DNA of 64,000 bases from Octopus bimaculoides (GCF_001194135.2 NC_068990.1:19863330-19927329), one strand, 5' to 3'; counted from the stretch's first letter, positions 25,986-39,833 are shown. Translations and numbers: made by a program. Notes: generated by a model not told the origin, from the letters alone.

Positions 25986-27779
25986 CCACAATAAATTAAT
26001 GTATTTATGTTAGAATTAATACACTTAATCAATTCACATGAAACATTTAAATTAAAGTATTTTTGTAGAACGGAACATACCAAAAGGAATAAATGAGACT
26101 ATTGTTCAACAAATTAACTCCAGTATGGGAAACAAACTCTAGCACATCTCTAACTTTCTTACAAGATCTACTGTTTTAGAAAATTAGAGATTTTGCGGAT
26201 TGATAATTTACATCAAACATATGAAACTAATGGTTCTCTTATAGGGCACAGCTAATCATGTTGCTATATAATGAGGTGATTGCTCATTATTTGAAATTAT
26301 AATTGCGATATAAGGTCATATTGTTGTTCATGCAATAAATTGTACAATCTATCATACTATAGGTAGCTGTATTTTAACCTGATAGTTAATAATTAGGTTT
26401 TCGAACGAGCAAAGAAAAATGGAAATATAGCGTATGAATGTCTGAAATTGTCTGAAATTGAAACACTCGGTCACCTGCAAAGCGAACTTTTGTTACAGTC
26501 ATATATCATAAAATGATTTGAATTGTCGTGATTTACTAATGAAGTATATTTGTAAAATTTTTGCCAATATCTATTATTTGATAACACAACCAAAATTAAT
26601 TTCGTAAATTCCCGCTGGCGTTATAATTGTGCAGGTTTTTAACTTAACAGAAGAATTTCTAATATTTCCATTGCGATTCAATAATTACTTAATTAAGTGA
26701 ACGACACGGATGATCAATGGCACTACATTTAATTAGATAAAATCAAAAACGGAAAGCATAATTAGAATATGAATTTTAAATACGATTCGGGGACAATTAG
26801 GTCTAAAAGTAATTTGCAACATTTCAAGAAATTTCTTCGTGATTTTTATATAGTAATATTATTGTGACACAAACTTCATCATCATCGTAGTCATGAAGAT
26901 CGTTGTCGTTGTTATCGTCATTATCATGACCATTAACAGCAACAACAGCGACAGCACCAGAAGCTGCATCGGCGAGAGCAGCGGCGAGAACAACGGCACC
27001 GGCTTCGGCATCGGCAGTAACGGCGGTGGTAGCAACAGCAGCGATTGGCAGTGGCAGTGGTGGCAGTGGTAGCAGTAGCAGCGGCGGCAGCAGCAGCAGC
27101 AACGATAGCAGCAGCAGCAACAAAGGTGGCACGAAATGGTAACAGCAGGCGTAGAAATAGCATGAAGTACCTCATTATTTTATTTTCCCCACGTCCTTCA
27201 GTTGTGCCCTAAAATGTCTTTGAAGAAGATGTGCATATGTAAACTGCATACATTTTGGCTTATGCATTTTTGCTGTTTCCAGTGTCGCTTTTTCAGCTTG
27301 TGTATTTTTGTAGAGCTTGTAGACTGTGAATACCACAATTCTCTTCATTACTATTTATGTTACGAATGAATATTTGCATATATTGTGTTACGTATTGCTA
27401 TTATTATTGCGTATTTGTATCGGCGATCATGTTGAAAATGTGAATGGTGGGTTGTGTCATATTACTGAGTGATAACTGTAAAATTTTAAAGTATGTTAGT
27501 GATTTATTCTGAGATTGTGTATGCAAAAGCGCTCGTTGTATTATTTTATTAGATGCTGATTGAGTATACTATATATTGTTCGTGCTGAGTTAAATATTTA
27601 TGGTAAGATTTCCTACATGTTGCGTGAGCCCTGACATTGCATTGGATTTTAATGTATAAGTAATGTAATGTACACAGGTTGTATACTACTTAAGCTACCT
27701 TAGGGAAATAAATAAGTCTTGCGTAGGATGTAAGCTGTGCATAGATTAGCTATCTTTTGTATATTTTGTGACGCTATGA

Positions 27780-28060
27780 GCCGGCTTACGTTCGTAAGGT
27801 CAGGAGTTCGATTCCTGGTGGCACGTTGGGTCTTTAAGCAACATACTTTGTCACGTTGCTCCAGTTCACTCAGCTGCCAACAATGAATAGTACCTGTAAT
27901 TCAAAGGTCTAGTCTTGTATCACTCTGTGTGACACCGAATCTCCCTGTGATCTAAGTTAAGTCTGTGGAGAGCTCAGCCACACACACACATATTAATTTC
28001 ATGACCAGGCTGTCCCGTTCATCGGATCAACTAGAACCCTCGTCTTCATAAACGACAGAA
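27780..28060 (+). mobile_element. tRNA-derived SINE (family B)
   Basis: It has a B-box ggagttcgattcc and the cacgttgctccagttcactcagctg core. Confidence 0.7.
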
Positions 28061-28224
28061 AACCATTTATAGTTGTGCTAAAATTATTATTGGTACTCTT
28101 TTTATTTTCATGCACTCCATCCGGTTTATTTCAATTTCATTCTCATTTGATTTTGATGGTTTTTCCTAGTGTTCTAGTGAGTCGTGATCTGTATAAATTA
28201 GAAAGAATTAGATAATAATAATAA

Positions 28225-28367
28225 TAATAATAATAATATTGAAAAATTCCTCAAGAATGTGAACCCAGGTTCGAAAGACATCTGGTGAAGGCTGGAGAGT
28301 ATATCAGCCGAAATGTGTTTACAGCAAAAAAGAGGAGGACAAATATCCGTCAAATGTAAATAATGTA
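28225..28367 (+). mobile_element. 5'-truncated copy of the hammerhead-bearing short element (family C)
   Basis: It is colinear with 42400-42544 and contains gacat-CTGGTGA-a-GGCTG-loop-CAGCC-GAAA-tgtgtt. Confidence 0.7.
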
Positions 28368-28605
28368 TATGGCTATGGTGCTTTACCACTACTTCTGCTC
28401 GGGATAAGAGATGCACAGCTCGTCGGCCACTAAGAGAAATGTTCAACTGATTAAGGTCAAGCAACTGAGAAGTAAACCTGTAGTATTGAGCGGAATATTT
28501 GCTATAGTCCATCGCTTATACCAAGACAAAATATGTACATGATAATACTTCCAATCAGGTACGATTAAAAGCCATGGGAGCCACTGCCTGGTACTACATC
28601 GGGCA

Positions 28606-28704
<99 letters not shown>

Positions 28705-28715
28705 CAGCAGTAGTG
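28606..28715. repeat. Compound microsatellite (TTA)n(TAG)n
   Basis: The repeats are directly visible. Confidence 0.95.
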
Positions 28716-29689
28716 GAGTTGATGATGTATTTCTTGCTGTTGTTTTTCTTGTTATTCCTAAGTTTTTTTTCTGCGTCATTAAACAAAATGCTTATCTATT
28801 CTCGCTCCCTTGTTTTCTGTATTCTACTCCCTAAACGGGAATATGCACTAAATTGAGTATGCTTTGTCTATCTATGTACTGCAATGTCCAGCTCTCTATT
28901 TGTCATACAAACTCTCATTGCATTGTTCATGTAAATAGTCTCTGAAGATCTTATCTGTCATGATTGTAACAACCTGATGATTGATTCGAGTATTTGATTT
29001 TTATGATGTCGTTGTTTGTTTATGTCTGTCTGTCTAGAGGCATATTTGTCGGGTTAAATAATCTCATCAGATTTTGATATCTTAGAAGCAATTTGATTAT
29101 ATTTTATTTCTTTGATATTATTTGACAGCAAGTTTCTGATGTATATTCTTGCTTTTCTGTTCTCTCATATATATTTTAGAGAGGCCATACAATGAATAAC
29201 TTGTTAGTTTGAATATTTATTCATATACATATGGCTACGAATTACAGAGACAGACGTATCTATGTGCTGTGTATATATATTTAAAATCTGTGTTGTTGAG
29301 TAAAACAACCTCTTTCTTTGCAGGATTCACCCTTCAGAGAGTATTTACATCAAAGTGAAACATTTATTTAAACGTTAATTTTTTCAAATATTAAAGAACT
29401 CGTTGAAGAAATACGTGGCAGAAAATGTAACCTGAAATACTGACATTGGTATCTATCTTACAACACAGACGAAATCAATGATAAAAAGAATACTAGACAA
29501 GCATGTTCTTTGTCAAATAAAACTTTGCTGTACGACTATGTAACATTGTGTGCAAGAATACATTCGAACAGTAAATTCTTAGATGCGATACTTGTTGTTG
29601 CGAGAACTGATGCATGAAGGTATTACATACACAACGTTTGTGTCTGCCTTTCAGAAGTAAAAGAGATTTGCGTAAAAGGAAGATAGTGA

Positions 29690-30150
29690 AATGCCTGTGT
29701 ATTGTCCAAAATATGGAGGACTATTTGGTGGATATGAGGGAGATGTGCAGGCATCATTATCTGACAAGTTAACTGAGTTCTTCAGATTGAGAGTGCATAT
29801 AGCATTATAACCATCATTGTTAAAGAGAGTACTCGCAAAACAGCGAATTGACCAAGACACTCATACCCGTCAATTACACACGAATATTTGGGATGGAACG
29901 CAGGGGTCATATTTAACTGTCTCTACACGTGGCTTACAGTCTCTTTTGTGGGACAGTTTGACTACTTACTCTGTGCTGAGGAAACGTTCGGTGATGTACA
30001 GTCAAGTTGTGTCACGCTGGGTATAAAAATACGCATCACTCATCAAGACTACAACATTAATAGAATTGTTGATGCCTGTATAGGGCGCTAAGACGAAAGC
30101 CTTCAAACTCATTATCAAATGAAGAAACATATCTGTATCATCAAGGCAGT
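29690..30150 (+). pseudogene. Possible decayed hAT transposase fragment
   Basis: Joining two frames gives LHTNIWDGTQGSYLTVST-WLTVSFVGQFDYLLCAEETF...TLGIKIRITHQDYNINRIVDAC. This resembles the hAT motif TTD.WT..SYL.VTAHW...LL..EE...I...L.EW.I..V. Multiple stops are present. Confidence 0.4.
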
Positions 30151-31991
30151 TGAAGAGATTTCTACTAAGAAATATCGAAGCAGTGGATGACTGTTATTGC
30201 TAAGAGCAAATTGTAAAAGTTTTGTTTTTGAATGTGTTGCTGCCGATGAAGATAAAGTCTATAAACAAATCAGGAAGACACACAGGCACATTGCCGAAAG
30301 ACTTCTTCCTCTGATAAGAAACTGGATTAAGTTCTCTGAGGCAACAGAAAAGAAGGACATAAACATGAACCAAAGTTGTTAAGCTAGAGAAGACATGCGT
30401 ATCATAAATCATACTTTAAAATTTTGTGGTTGGCATCCGCACTTTAAATTTTGCAATTGCATTTTTCCTTTCTCAGTTTAGGTAACCCGTAAAACGTTTG
30501 CCAACACATGCAGCACATTCTGCCAAACAATTCTGAAACCGCCATTTTACCCATCCTAGGCAGATGCGTTTAAACAAAAAATACAACTCTATTCTAATAA
30601 AATGGTTGATTAGGTTTGTTAACAGACAAAAAAACAAAACAATTGTCTGGAGACTCGACATGACAAAATTTGAAATCAGATCTGCAACTTTACAAAACAG
30701 CGGTTAATTATACACAATTACAAAATTGTGAGCAAGTAACAATACAGACAATATTCACGCTATGTAGATGAATTATTGCGTTCTTCCATATTAAAGGACA
30801 TATAACCGCAATTTGGTGTAGTTCAAACTATACAGACGTTTCCTTGTTAAGCTATCCTTATTATGCAGACAGTTGGGCTTCTCATTTATAGAATAGAGAA
30901 ACTATAATTAATCAAACATTTTTATATCTTTTTTTTTTTTTCCTTGATCTACTTATTTTGCAGCTTGTTTATACTGCAAAATGAAGCATATATTTTCTCA
31001 ATGACCAGGTTAAATTTTTAATCAAATATCAACTTTTTCAATGATGGAAAAATATAGTACTTAAGACAAAAAAAATATTATTTAAAAGAAAATGAATAAA
31101 TTGTAAAAGAAGAGAAAAAGAAAACAGAATGCAATCAGATGTTTATGAAGAAAACCACTAGTCATTAAAGGAGTGGCTATTGGCACGACAGTGTGGAGAA
31201 GGAAACGGCGTAAGAGATTAAAGAGTAAATTACCATATTCTGATGAAAGAAGCCAGTTAACATTAATGATATAGCATACTAACTACATGTTTGAGGAGAT
31301 ACAATAAATAACAATCTTAGTTTTAAAATGAGACAACTAAATTGCAAAATTACTGTCCTTAACCCAATTGCTAATAACATTACTCGAACCAAAATAAAAT
31401 CTAATCTGCTTTTCAATATTTTCTTTTCTTTCCTTTTAAAACATTCTTTGAAAGTATTTGTTGCTACTGAATTATTACTTCTGTTGTCTTCGTTTCCAGA
31501 TTTTTTGCCGTTGTTGTTCTTCTTGTTCTTTCTGCTGCCTTTGTTTCTGTTCTCTTTCATGTTTATTTCAGTTTGCATTCTTACGTTGAATGCTGAACTC
31601 ATAAATTAAAAGTTAGAATAAGATTTGCATTTTGGTGTGAAAAGATTAGCATTTAATTTCTATGCAATGAAATTTTCAAAAAAATTACCGTAGGAAAAGT
31701 TTAAAAGTAGATTGGCCATACCAACTCAGTGTTCATTTCTTGACTATTCCTGGAGACACATAAAAATGCTGCTTGATTTCCAGTTGATATCATTAGATTC
31801 AGAGGGACAAGAACGAGTTTTGTATTCGTTTATATAAGAAAATATTGTTAGGCAGATGACAATTACTATATAAAGGTTTCAAATATTCTTCTCTTAGACT
31901 GCGCAAGTATTAGTGCATCAGGCTGAGTAAAAAGTAAGCAACGTTTTGAAATATGAAATTCATCACAATATGTTTCAACTATGCGGAAATT

Positions 31992-33043
31992 TTATTCATC
32001 TAAGTAAGTATCATTACAATGACCACGTTTCTGCCAACGAGTTACAAGTTAGTTTATTCCGGTAACATAAAAATCTGAAGTACTGGAGCTGATGAACTCT
32101 TTGAACGCACTCTCAGCATCAGTTTAAGTTTTGAACTCCTCTCACAGGAAATCATGAAGGTGCTTGAAAAAGTGGTAGTCGGCTGGAGAAAGGTCTGAGG
32201 AATAAGCTGGGTGGGGGAGAACTTCGTAGCCAAGTTCCTTCAACTTCTGGCGCGTCATTAATGAAACGTGTGGTCAGGCATTGACATAAAGACTGATTGG
32301 CCCTCTTCCGTTGACCAGTCTGGGACAGAGGAGTAGCAGTTCTTCGTTCATTTTGGCAACTTCATGGCAATATGTTTCTGCAGTAATGGCTTTTCCGGGT
32401 TTTAAGAAGTTATAGTAGATTAGTCCAGTAGTAGACCACCAGTCACCATAACATTCTTTCTGTAGAGCTCGGGTTTAGGGAAGGTTTTGGGTGCTTCATT
32501 TTGGTTCAAACACTGCGAAGACGTTTTTTTGTGATTGTACATAAACCACATTTCATCGCAAGTGACAATACGGTTTGGTTACGGAGATGAAGCGAAGAGA
32601 AAATTTCGTATGTGCGCATTTTGTGATTTTCATTCAAATCGTGTGGTACCAATTTGTTGTGCGCATTTTGTGATTTTCATTCAAATCGTGTGGTACCAAT
32701 TTGTTGTGCTTTTTTGATTTTCTGGTAACATGCATATGGTTGTGGCAGTTTTATGGCTACCTTAACGTTCTTTTTCCAGTTCTCGCGTGGTTTGAAGTGG
32801 ATCTTTCTTACTGACAGTCTTTAATTGACCGTCATCAATGACAGATGTGCGTCCCCTGCGCTCACGAGCTTCAATGCTCAGGTCTCCACTGCAAAATCGC
32901 TTAAACCATTTTCGAGCTGACTAATCACTGGTTATTTGCTCACAAAACGTTTTCTTGATATCCCGAGCAGTTTCAGCTTCTTTATGTCCTTTTCTGAAGT
33001 TGAATAGCAAAATAGCCCGAATATCTTGCTTTGGCAGTTCCAT
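31992..33043 (-). pseudogene. Mariner transposase pseudogene
   Basis: It starts MELPKQDIRAILLFNFRKGHKEAETARDIKKTF (HTH) and ends with HPAYSSDLSPADYHFFKHL (YSPDLAP.D motif). It has stops, frameshifts and a 47-bp tandem duplication at 32611-32709. Confidence 0.9.
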
Positions 33044-33059
33044 TTCAGATGACCGTAAC

Positions 33060-33428
33060 ACCGATTTCTTTATTGCCCACAGGGGGCTAAACATAGAGGG
33101 ACAGTACAAATACGGTCGGAAATACAGAAGTGGGGGGAAAGAACCGAAAGAACGAGAAAGAACGAGAAAGAAGATATAAAATGAATGGATGAAATGAAGG
33201 CCGCTCAGACCCCACAAAGCAAGTGACCTCATTGAAATATTTTTAAAACAATTGAACACTTAATATCTCCATGTTAAATTCTTTTAAAGGTTCATGATAG
33301 TTTACCGTTAATTGCACTGCCCTAGTACCAATTTCCATTTGTGGGATAATGACATTTGTCCCCTAATACTCACTTAAACTTCGTAAGTTCGAGTGGATTT
33401 GGTAGACGGAAACTGAAAGAATCCCGTC

Positions 33429-33465
<37 letters not shown>

Positions 33466-34645
33466 TGTGAGTCTGTGTTTGTCCCCCCCTACCCAACATT
33501 GCTTGACAACCGATGCTGGTGTGTTTACATTCCCGTAATTTAGCGGTTCGGCCAAAGAGACCGAAAGAATAAGTACTAGGCTTACAGAGAATAATTCCCG
33601 GGATCGATTTGCTCGACTAAAGGCAGTGCTCCAGCATGACCACAGTCAAATGACTGAAGCAAGTAAAAGATCCATAACACAGAGTAGACGGCAGAAGGAC
33701 AGACAGAAAATACATGTGGGGACAATAACATGAAACGGATGAAAGGTGAAATTATATAAAAATGAGGGTGAAACGGCCACTCGAACTCGACTCTCGGGTA
33801 GTTGTATTTAACAGTTTGTTTTCAGATTTTCATCATTAAAAATTTTACTTACTGTATTTACTAGTTCAGGTACTGTATTATGTCTTTAGGGTTTCGTATC
33901 CTACCTCTCCTAACGGGTCAATGAGTAAACCAAATATTTCTTTTAACTGTGTGTATTTTTCTCTGTCAATTAATATGCATTTGGTGCATTCGGTTTCGCC
34001 TCAGCCAGCAATCTCACTCTGATTACCGACTTAGACTTGGCAATCATGCGTTCGATTGGCGTGCTTTTCGAGTATACCGTACTGTGAGCCTTGTGTTTCC
34101 CAGGGGATTTTGTGGGTCTTTTTGCCGCAGTAGGTTGGCAGGTGCACCCATTCCTGTGATCTCACAGGTATAGTGGAGTGATTGGTTGCTCCTTCTTCCG
34201 TGGTAAACCTCACCTCCACAGTGCCGTACTTCTTTCTTCTGGTGTAGTAGGTGGTTACACTTTTCAGATTTTCTAGGCTATCTCAATTTACTTGCTGGAT
34301 AAGGACAGTGTTCTGTATACCACTGCCCTTCTCCTGGTACTATTGGTCACTTCCTCTGGAGTGATTAGTCGCAGTCTTTCTCCCTGCTTCTGGAGCAGCT
34401 CCATGTGACTTCCAATCTTTTCGAAGTCTCCGGCTTCCAATATGCTTGCATCGTTGGTCGAAGGACTACTCCCCGCCGCCGCCGCATAACTCCCGACTTG
34501 TTCTGGGGAACATTCCATTTCAAAATTCTTTACCCTAAACTGCGGAAAAGAAAGTCAAACAAAAAACAAGCCCATAGGCAACATTTTTCCGAGGAACGCA
34601 ACAGTAGGCTCGTGGGGGCAAACAAAATCACACCTGCAAGCTTGG
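33060..34645 (-). mobile_element. L1/Tx1-like non-LTR element (5' UTR, ORF1 N-terminus and 3' end; no recognisable ORF2)
   Basis: The reading ELLQKQGERLRLITPEE...VVYRTLSLS...YYTRRKKYGTVEVRFTTEEG...HLPTYCGKK resembles L1/Tx1 ORF1. AATAAA lies near the 3' end (33066-33071). Flanking 13-bp direct repeats are agatgaccgtaac (33047-33059) and agatgattgtaac (34646-34658). Confidence 0.55.
33385..33672 (+). mobile_element. SINE family D (5'-truncated) with internal (TA)n
   Basis: It reads gagtggatttggtagacggaaactgaaagaatcccgtcg-(TA)n-...gactgaagcaagtaaaaga, with homologs at 31-100 and 13789-13950. Confidence 0.85.
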
Positions 34646-36170
34646 AGATGATTGTAACCTAGGTGAAAAAAAAATCAATGTTAAGTTATTGATACGTTTG
34701 GACAAGTCTATGTCTGTATTATCTGACAATTGCAAAACAATGTTTTTAAAAAAATTCAAAACTCTGCAAAAATCCGCTACAAATTCTTCATGGTTCAAAA
34801 CGTTGCTTACTTTTTACTCAACCTGATATTCCTAACGAACAAGCTATATCTACGTAAAGATTATACATCCTAAATACGTGTTAGATCTTCATTCATATTT
34901 TCTCATTAATATTTTCCCAAAGTATCTTGTTACGTTGATTTGTTGTAAAATAAAGTATAGTTTGCGCTTTTGAATTGATAACATATTGAACACAAAGCTA
35001 CATACTCTTTGACAAATATTTATTCATATCTATCGTTGGGAAATATATTGCTACCGTTTGAATTTCGTACGCTATACCATGTTATTTCATTTGAACAATC
35101 CTTGTTATTTGACAGGTGTGAATGACTTAGTGTAGTGGCTGCGTGTTTGGCTTAGCATTTCATTCGAATATCTATATCATCGTTTTATATATTTTAGTTA
35201 TTTTCTACTTTCTTTTGAAGTCACTGTACATCATTGTTCGTTTCTAGTCTGAAGGTTTCTATAGCATTTTCAGTTCGTGTGGATGTCGCCTTTATTTCAA
35301 TTCGTCTCTTTTGTTTTGTTTTCTTTCTTCTGAGAGCCCTACGTGGTTTATAGGCCGTGGCTTCTGTTTTGATGTTTTCGTTGGGGAGTTAGTAGTTCTA
35401 GGTTAAGCTTTATATTAGTAGTTGGATATTTCGTTTTATATTCGATGTTAATTCTTTCAAAAGTTGTTCTATACGAATATTCGTGAGCGTATTCGTTATT
35501 ATAAATATCCATATATTCTCGAGTGTATTTACTTTCATATATTTCATCTCTCCTTCGATCTTTTCTCACCGTGACTCATATATCTCTTTTATAACGCTTT
35601 TATGTGCTTAACACGGCATTCCTGATAGAAGGCATGTAACACATCAACAAAAAGAAAAAAAAAACTGCTCCAGTTGTCACTTTAAATTTTGTTCTTATTT
35701 TAAACACTGACATTAAGAGAAGCGCAATTCTGTATGCAATGAGCTTTTTTTGTGATAACACATACCGGCTCTGAAATATATCATACATCCTAACCCTTAT
35801 TATTTTCGTTGTTGATTGACATGCACCGAGTCATGGTTCATTTTAAGCTTAATTTTTTGTTGTTGTTGCTTCTTTCATTTAGAATTTCGCTTCGTTTACA
35901 TTACAGGTTTATCTATATTTACATGTCTTGCGTATTTTCTAGAAACAGCAATCGCTTTGTGCAATATTTATGTCAATTGTGGAATACTTTTACATATATT
36001 GCGTTTTTGCTATTTTTTAGTTGTTATTTGTATTCTAAATTTCATCCCCCTTATTTTGTTTGCCCAGCCAGTTAACCTCATTTACGCCTGTGTTATTTTA
36101 GCAATATATTGGAGATCATCACAATACATATACGCATATATATNNNNNNNNNNNNNNNNNNNNNNNNNNN

Positions 36171-36229
<59 letters not shown>

Positions 36230-36552
36230 GACAGACAGATATAGAGACACAAACATACATTCATAGATACATATATATATGCATATACAATGACAGTTGT
36301 TGTTGGGAGGTCAAAATAGCATCGTTTTATGTAGAGTTAAATTATTGACGATGGTGATTTTACAGTTCATATTTCAGATAGCCAAACTGTTCCTTATTTT
36401 TGCTTGTAGAGTTGGTAGCACGCCGAGCGATATGTTTCCCGTCATTTCACCTGTTTTTACTTTCTGCGTTCAAATTCTCTCACGTCGCTTTTGAGTTTCA
36501 TTTTTCGGGGTCGATACAGTAAGTTTTAAGGCATTGTGCATATGACAGAAAG

Positions 36553-36603
<51 letters not shown>

Positions 36604-36604
<1 letters not shown>

Positions 36605-37333
36605 TTCTCTTTGTCACAGGTTTGTTGGAGCGCCTGGAACCTTGCATGCATAGTGGGCTTGCTATCTGCAGCATACGGTACCATGCTAATCGATCTTTTC
36701 AGCTATCTAATACTTTTCTGATTTTTCTGACCGTGCCAAGGAGGCAAACTTTTTGTAACAGTTCTTTTGGGCCTTCTATTCCAATTCCTTTTATATTCTT
36801 CTTGATACCTTCTGATACTGTTCCCAAGGACTCAAAATAATTGGCACTATATTAACCTTCTTCATTTTCCATAGTCGGGCTATTTCGTAATTAAGAGGGA
36901 TGTATCTATCTTTTCGCCTTCCTTCTTGTATATTCGTGTGTCAAAGAGGTATGCAACATCAACTATAGAGAGCAGATGTGGTGCACCTTGCCCACCACCA
37001 CTAGGTTTGGTCTGTTATGCTCTAGCACTTGATCTGTTTGGATTGGGTAATCCCAGAGGATTTTGGTAGTTTCTGACTCCGTCACTCTCTGTGGTTTGTG
37101 CTCATGCCACGTTTTGCGTCTCTTTTCTAGCTCCTACTTTTCGCACATTTTTCAATGTAGCACTTTCGCTACCTGGTCGTGTCGCCACAACTTGTAATGG
37201 TTTTGTGCAAGTCTAGAGCATTCATCCGTGATATGGGCAATGGTTTCATTCGCTTTATTGCAGATGCGGCACAGCGAAGACATTTGCACATTCCTTTGTT
37301 CATAATCAAAGCGTTGTCCTGCGCTACCAGTAT
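36604..37333 (-). mobile_element. R4/Dong-like RLE non-LTR retrotransposon 3' fragment next to (TAA)n
   Basis: The translation includes LVAQDNAL, the zinc knuckle CRICNKANETIAHITDECSRLAQNHYKLWRHDQVAKVLH, KILWDYPIQTDQVLEHNRP and LLQKVCLLGTVRKIRKVL. The 3' end abuts (ATT)n at 36556-36603. Confidence 0.87.
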
Positions 37334-37620
37334 GTGTGTGTTTGTGTGCATATAGGCATGTGTACATTAAAACTGCATTTTAAATTCCATAAATTTTACT
37401 CCTTCTGCTTTACACCCGAATATTGAAGTAGCATTTGCTTTCACTCAAAGATGTGAGTCAGAAAATGGAAAAAGAAACCAAACACACAAAAAAAGAATGA
37501 ATGAAAGAAAAGGACATAAAACTATACGAAACAAGACTGATTCTAACAGAGGATAAGAAATATATTCCGAAAATTAAATGCCCAGACAACTTTATTCGAA
37601 CTATATTTTAGAGCGTATAT

Positions 37621-37667
<47 letters not shown>

Positions 37668-37688
37668 TACACACACATNNNNNNNNNN

Positions 37689-37735
<47 letters not shown>

Positions 37736-38627
37736 TATATATATACATATGTATATCACTCCATACAATATATCATAAAGGGTTGCGTCGCCACATATGG
37801 CCGAAGCCATAAAGTTTCTAGGATCGATTGCTTTCGGCTGTTTTTTCTGCGGAAAGCAATGTTATGTTGTGAAGAAAGTCTTGCATTTTATTCTATATTT
37901 TGTCACTATGAGTCGCCATCGTTGCATTAAATATCAGCCAGTACGAGGATCTATTTAATTGATTATACAGACAGCGTCTAAAAATACGTGATCTTGTGTT
38001 AACATGAGAAGTTTGATAGTTAATGGTACTAAGCATTTTGTAAGTTAAAATATTGCACTAACCGGTATTGCGAGGTTTGGGTATTCTCTTTCTCGCTTAA
38101 TTTCCGAGTTCAAATCCCAGAATTCACTGTTGTAATTCTTACATATTTCTTTTTATCTATCCGTAACATCAGTATCATAACAGTAGTTGAAAACATTTGC
38201 TTTGTTCTAAAACTGGAAGCAATTAACTTCTGTATTCTCTATAATTAGTTTCAGTCATCAGAATGTGGTCATGCGGGAGCACTGCCTTATACGATTATAT
38301 TTATTTTTTTCAAACTGTATCACTTCATGATAAATTGCACAAAGTGTTTTATAAACATTGACTATATCAGAATCTGACGTTTTTCTAAACATTAAATAAA
38401 TTTAGAAAGCTTTCTAATTTTCTCCGTCTCTATTTAGTGGCTTTCATTGATATATATATATAAAATAGAATAAAATAAAAATGAGCATTAAAATGTGACA
38501 ACAAAGATATATACGAAAACGAACTGTACAAAGCATGAAGAAATAGGTGGAAAATAAATTTGATAAATTACACTTACGTTTCTCATTAATTTTCTTTAGA
38601 AACGTGTCGTGAATGGAAATTTGTTGC

Positions 38628-38663
<36 letters not shown>

Positions 38664-38669
38664 TTCTCT

Positions 38670-38720
<51 letters not shown>

Positions 38721-38729
38721 GAGTATTGT

Positions 38730-38890
38730 GAAGCTCACTGTCTGCTGAATCAGGAAACTAATGTGATTTGCATCTAAATAGGAGATAAATCAAGACTGTA
38801 TCATCCGCAGATGTATCATTGAGACAGTTAACACCTCTCACACTGAACGTCTTCAAGTCTTCTGATAAACGAGCATTTCTTCTTTTACAC
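38730..38890 (-). mobile_element. Possible tiny non-LTR reverse transcriptase remnant
   Basis: VRGVNCLNDTSADDTVLI resembles the YADDTVL RT motif. It is short, so the evidence is weak. Confidence 0.3.
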
Positions 38891-39617
38891 CGAGAAACTT
38901 AACTAGAGTGAAAGATAAGTCTGGATGAAGTATATCAAATGAAATATCAAATTCAAAGAAAACCATAATTTGGGAGCTGATGTCCTCCGATAGCCTCGGG
39001 TTAACCTATATGTTGATAATGGAATTTGCTTGACGGACTGAAATATGTAGAATGCCATCGTGTATGTATGGATATAAACGTACATACATAAATACATGCA
39101 TGCATGCGTATCTTTGGTTGGGAGAGACAGGAAAAAACATATACTGTCATAGAAATCAGTTGCCCTGCTGATGTGAATCTCTTTGAAATGAAAGAATATG
39201 AGCATCACTGAGGATAACTGCATCGAAACCTACAGCTCCCATGCCAAGATTATAAATTCACATTTATATCAGAAATAGATACACTTGGGTTTGTCAGAAG
39301 CTGGAAAAGTTAGGGTCTTCAGAATAGGAAATTAACCACCTCTTCGTACATTACAAATATAATGTGTTAGCGGAACAGTACTAATGAGCGAGAATTTTCT
39401 CAAATTCGAACTACTAAATTGTTCTTACTTTCTACGTTCCGGAAATGGAGATGTATATCTTTGTTAGCAACTAGCTACTTGTTTACAGGAAGATTTCAAC
39501 TGGTTCCAAATAGAATCGAACAAATAACCATACATTCATACACAGAGAGACATATACACGCGCACACATATATACACGCGCACACATATATGCACGCGTA
39601 TATGTTTGTCCCCTCCA

Positions 39618-39801
39618 TAGAGAGGACAAAAGGATTAGGTTGATTACATCGACCCCAGTGCGTAACTGGTATTTGATTTATCGACTCCGAAAGAATGAAA
39701 GGCAAAGTCGACCTCAGCGGAATTTGAACTCAGAACGTAACGGCAGACGAAATACCGCTAAGCATTTCACCCGGTGTGATAACGCTTCTGCCAGCTCGCC
39801 C

Positions 39802-39806
<5 letters not shown>
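39618..39806 (-). mobile_element. SINE family A
   Basis: This is a well-preserved copy: gaaaggcaaagtcgacctcagcggaatttgaactcagaacgt...cttctgccagctcgcccctta. Confidence 0.87.

Positions 39807-39833
<27 letters not shown>

Larger units (their letters stand above)
31918..34826 (-). mobile_element. Mariner (DD34D) DNA transposon with both TIRs, carrying nested insertions
   Basis: The 33-bp TIRs are tcaggctgagtaaaaagtaagcaacgttttgaa (31918-31950) and its inverse (34794-34826), with 1 mismatch. TA follows at 34827-34828; CA precedes the left end. Confidence 0.9.

Noticed and set aside
26824-27175. GC-rich ORFs encoding poly-Ala/Leu/Pro-like peptides
   Set aside because: This is a degenerate GCA/GGC/ATC trinucleotide tract that is open in several frames, with no domain or convincing splice context.
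28370-28606. Repeat-looking block between the family C copy and (TTA)n
   Set aside because: It is probably an interspersed repeat, but there is no second copy in this window and no classifiable feature.
34950-35900. Possible Penelope N-terminal remnant on the minus strand
   Set aside because: There is only a faint resemblance (NKYLSKSM versus LLSKGL), too degraded to call.
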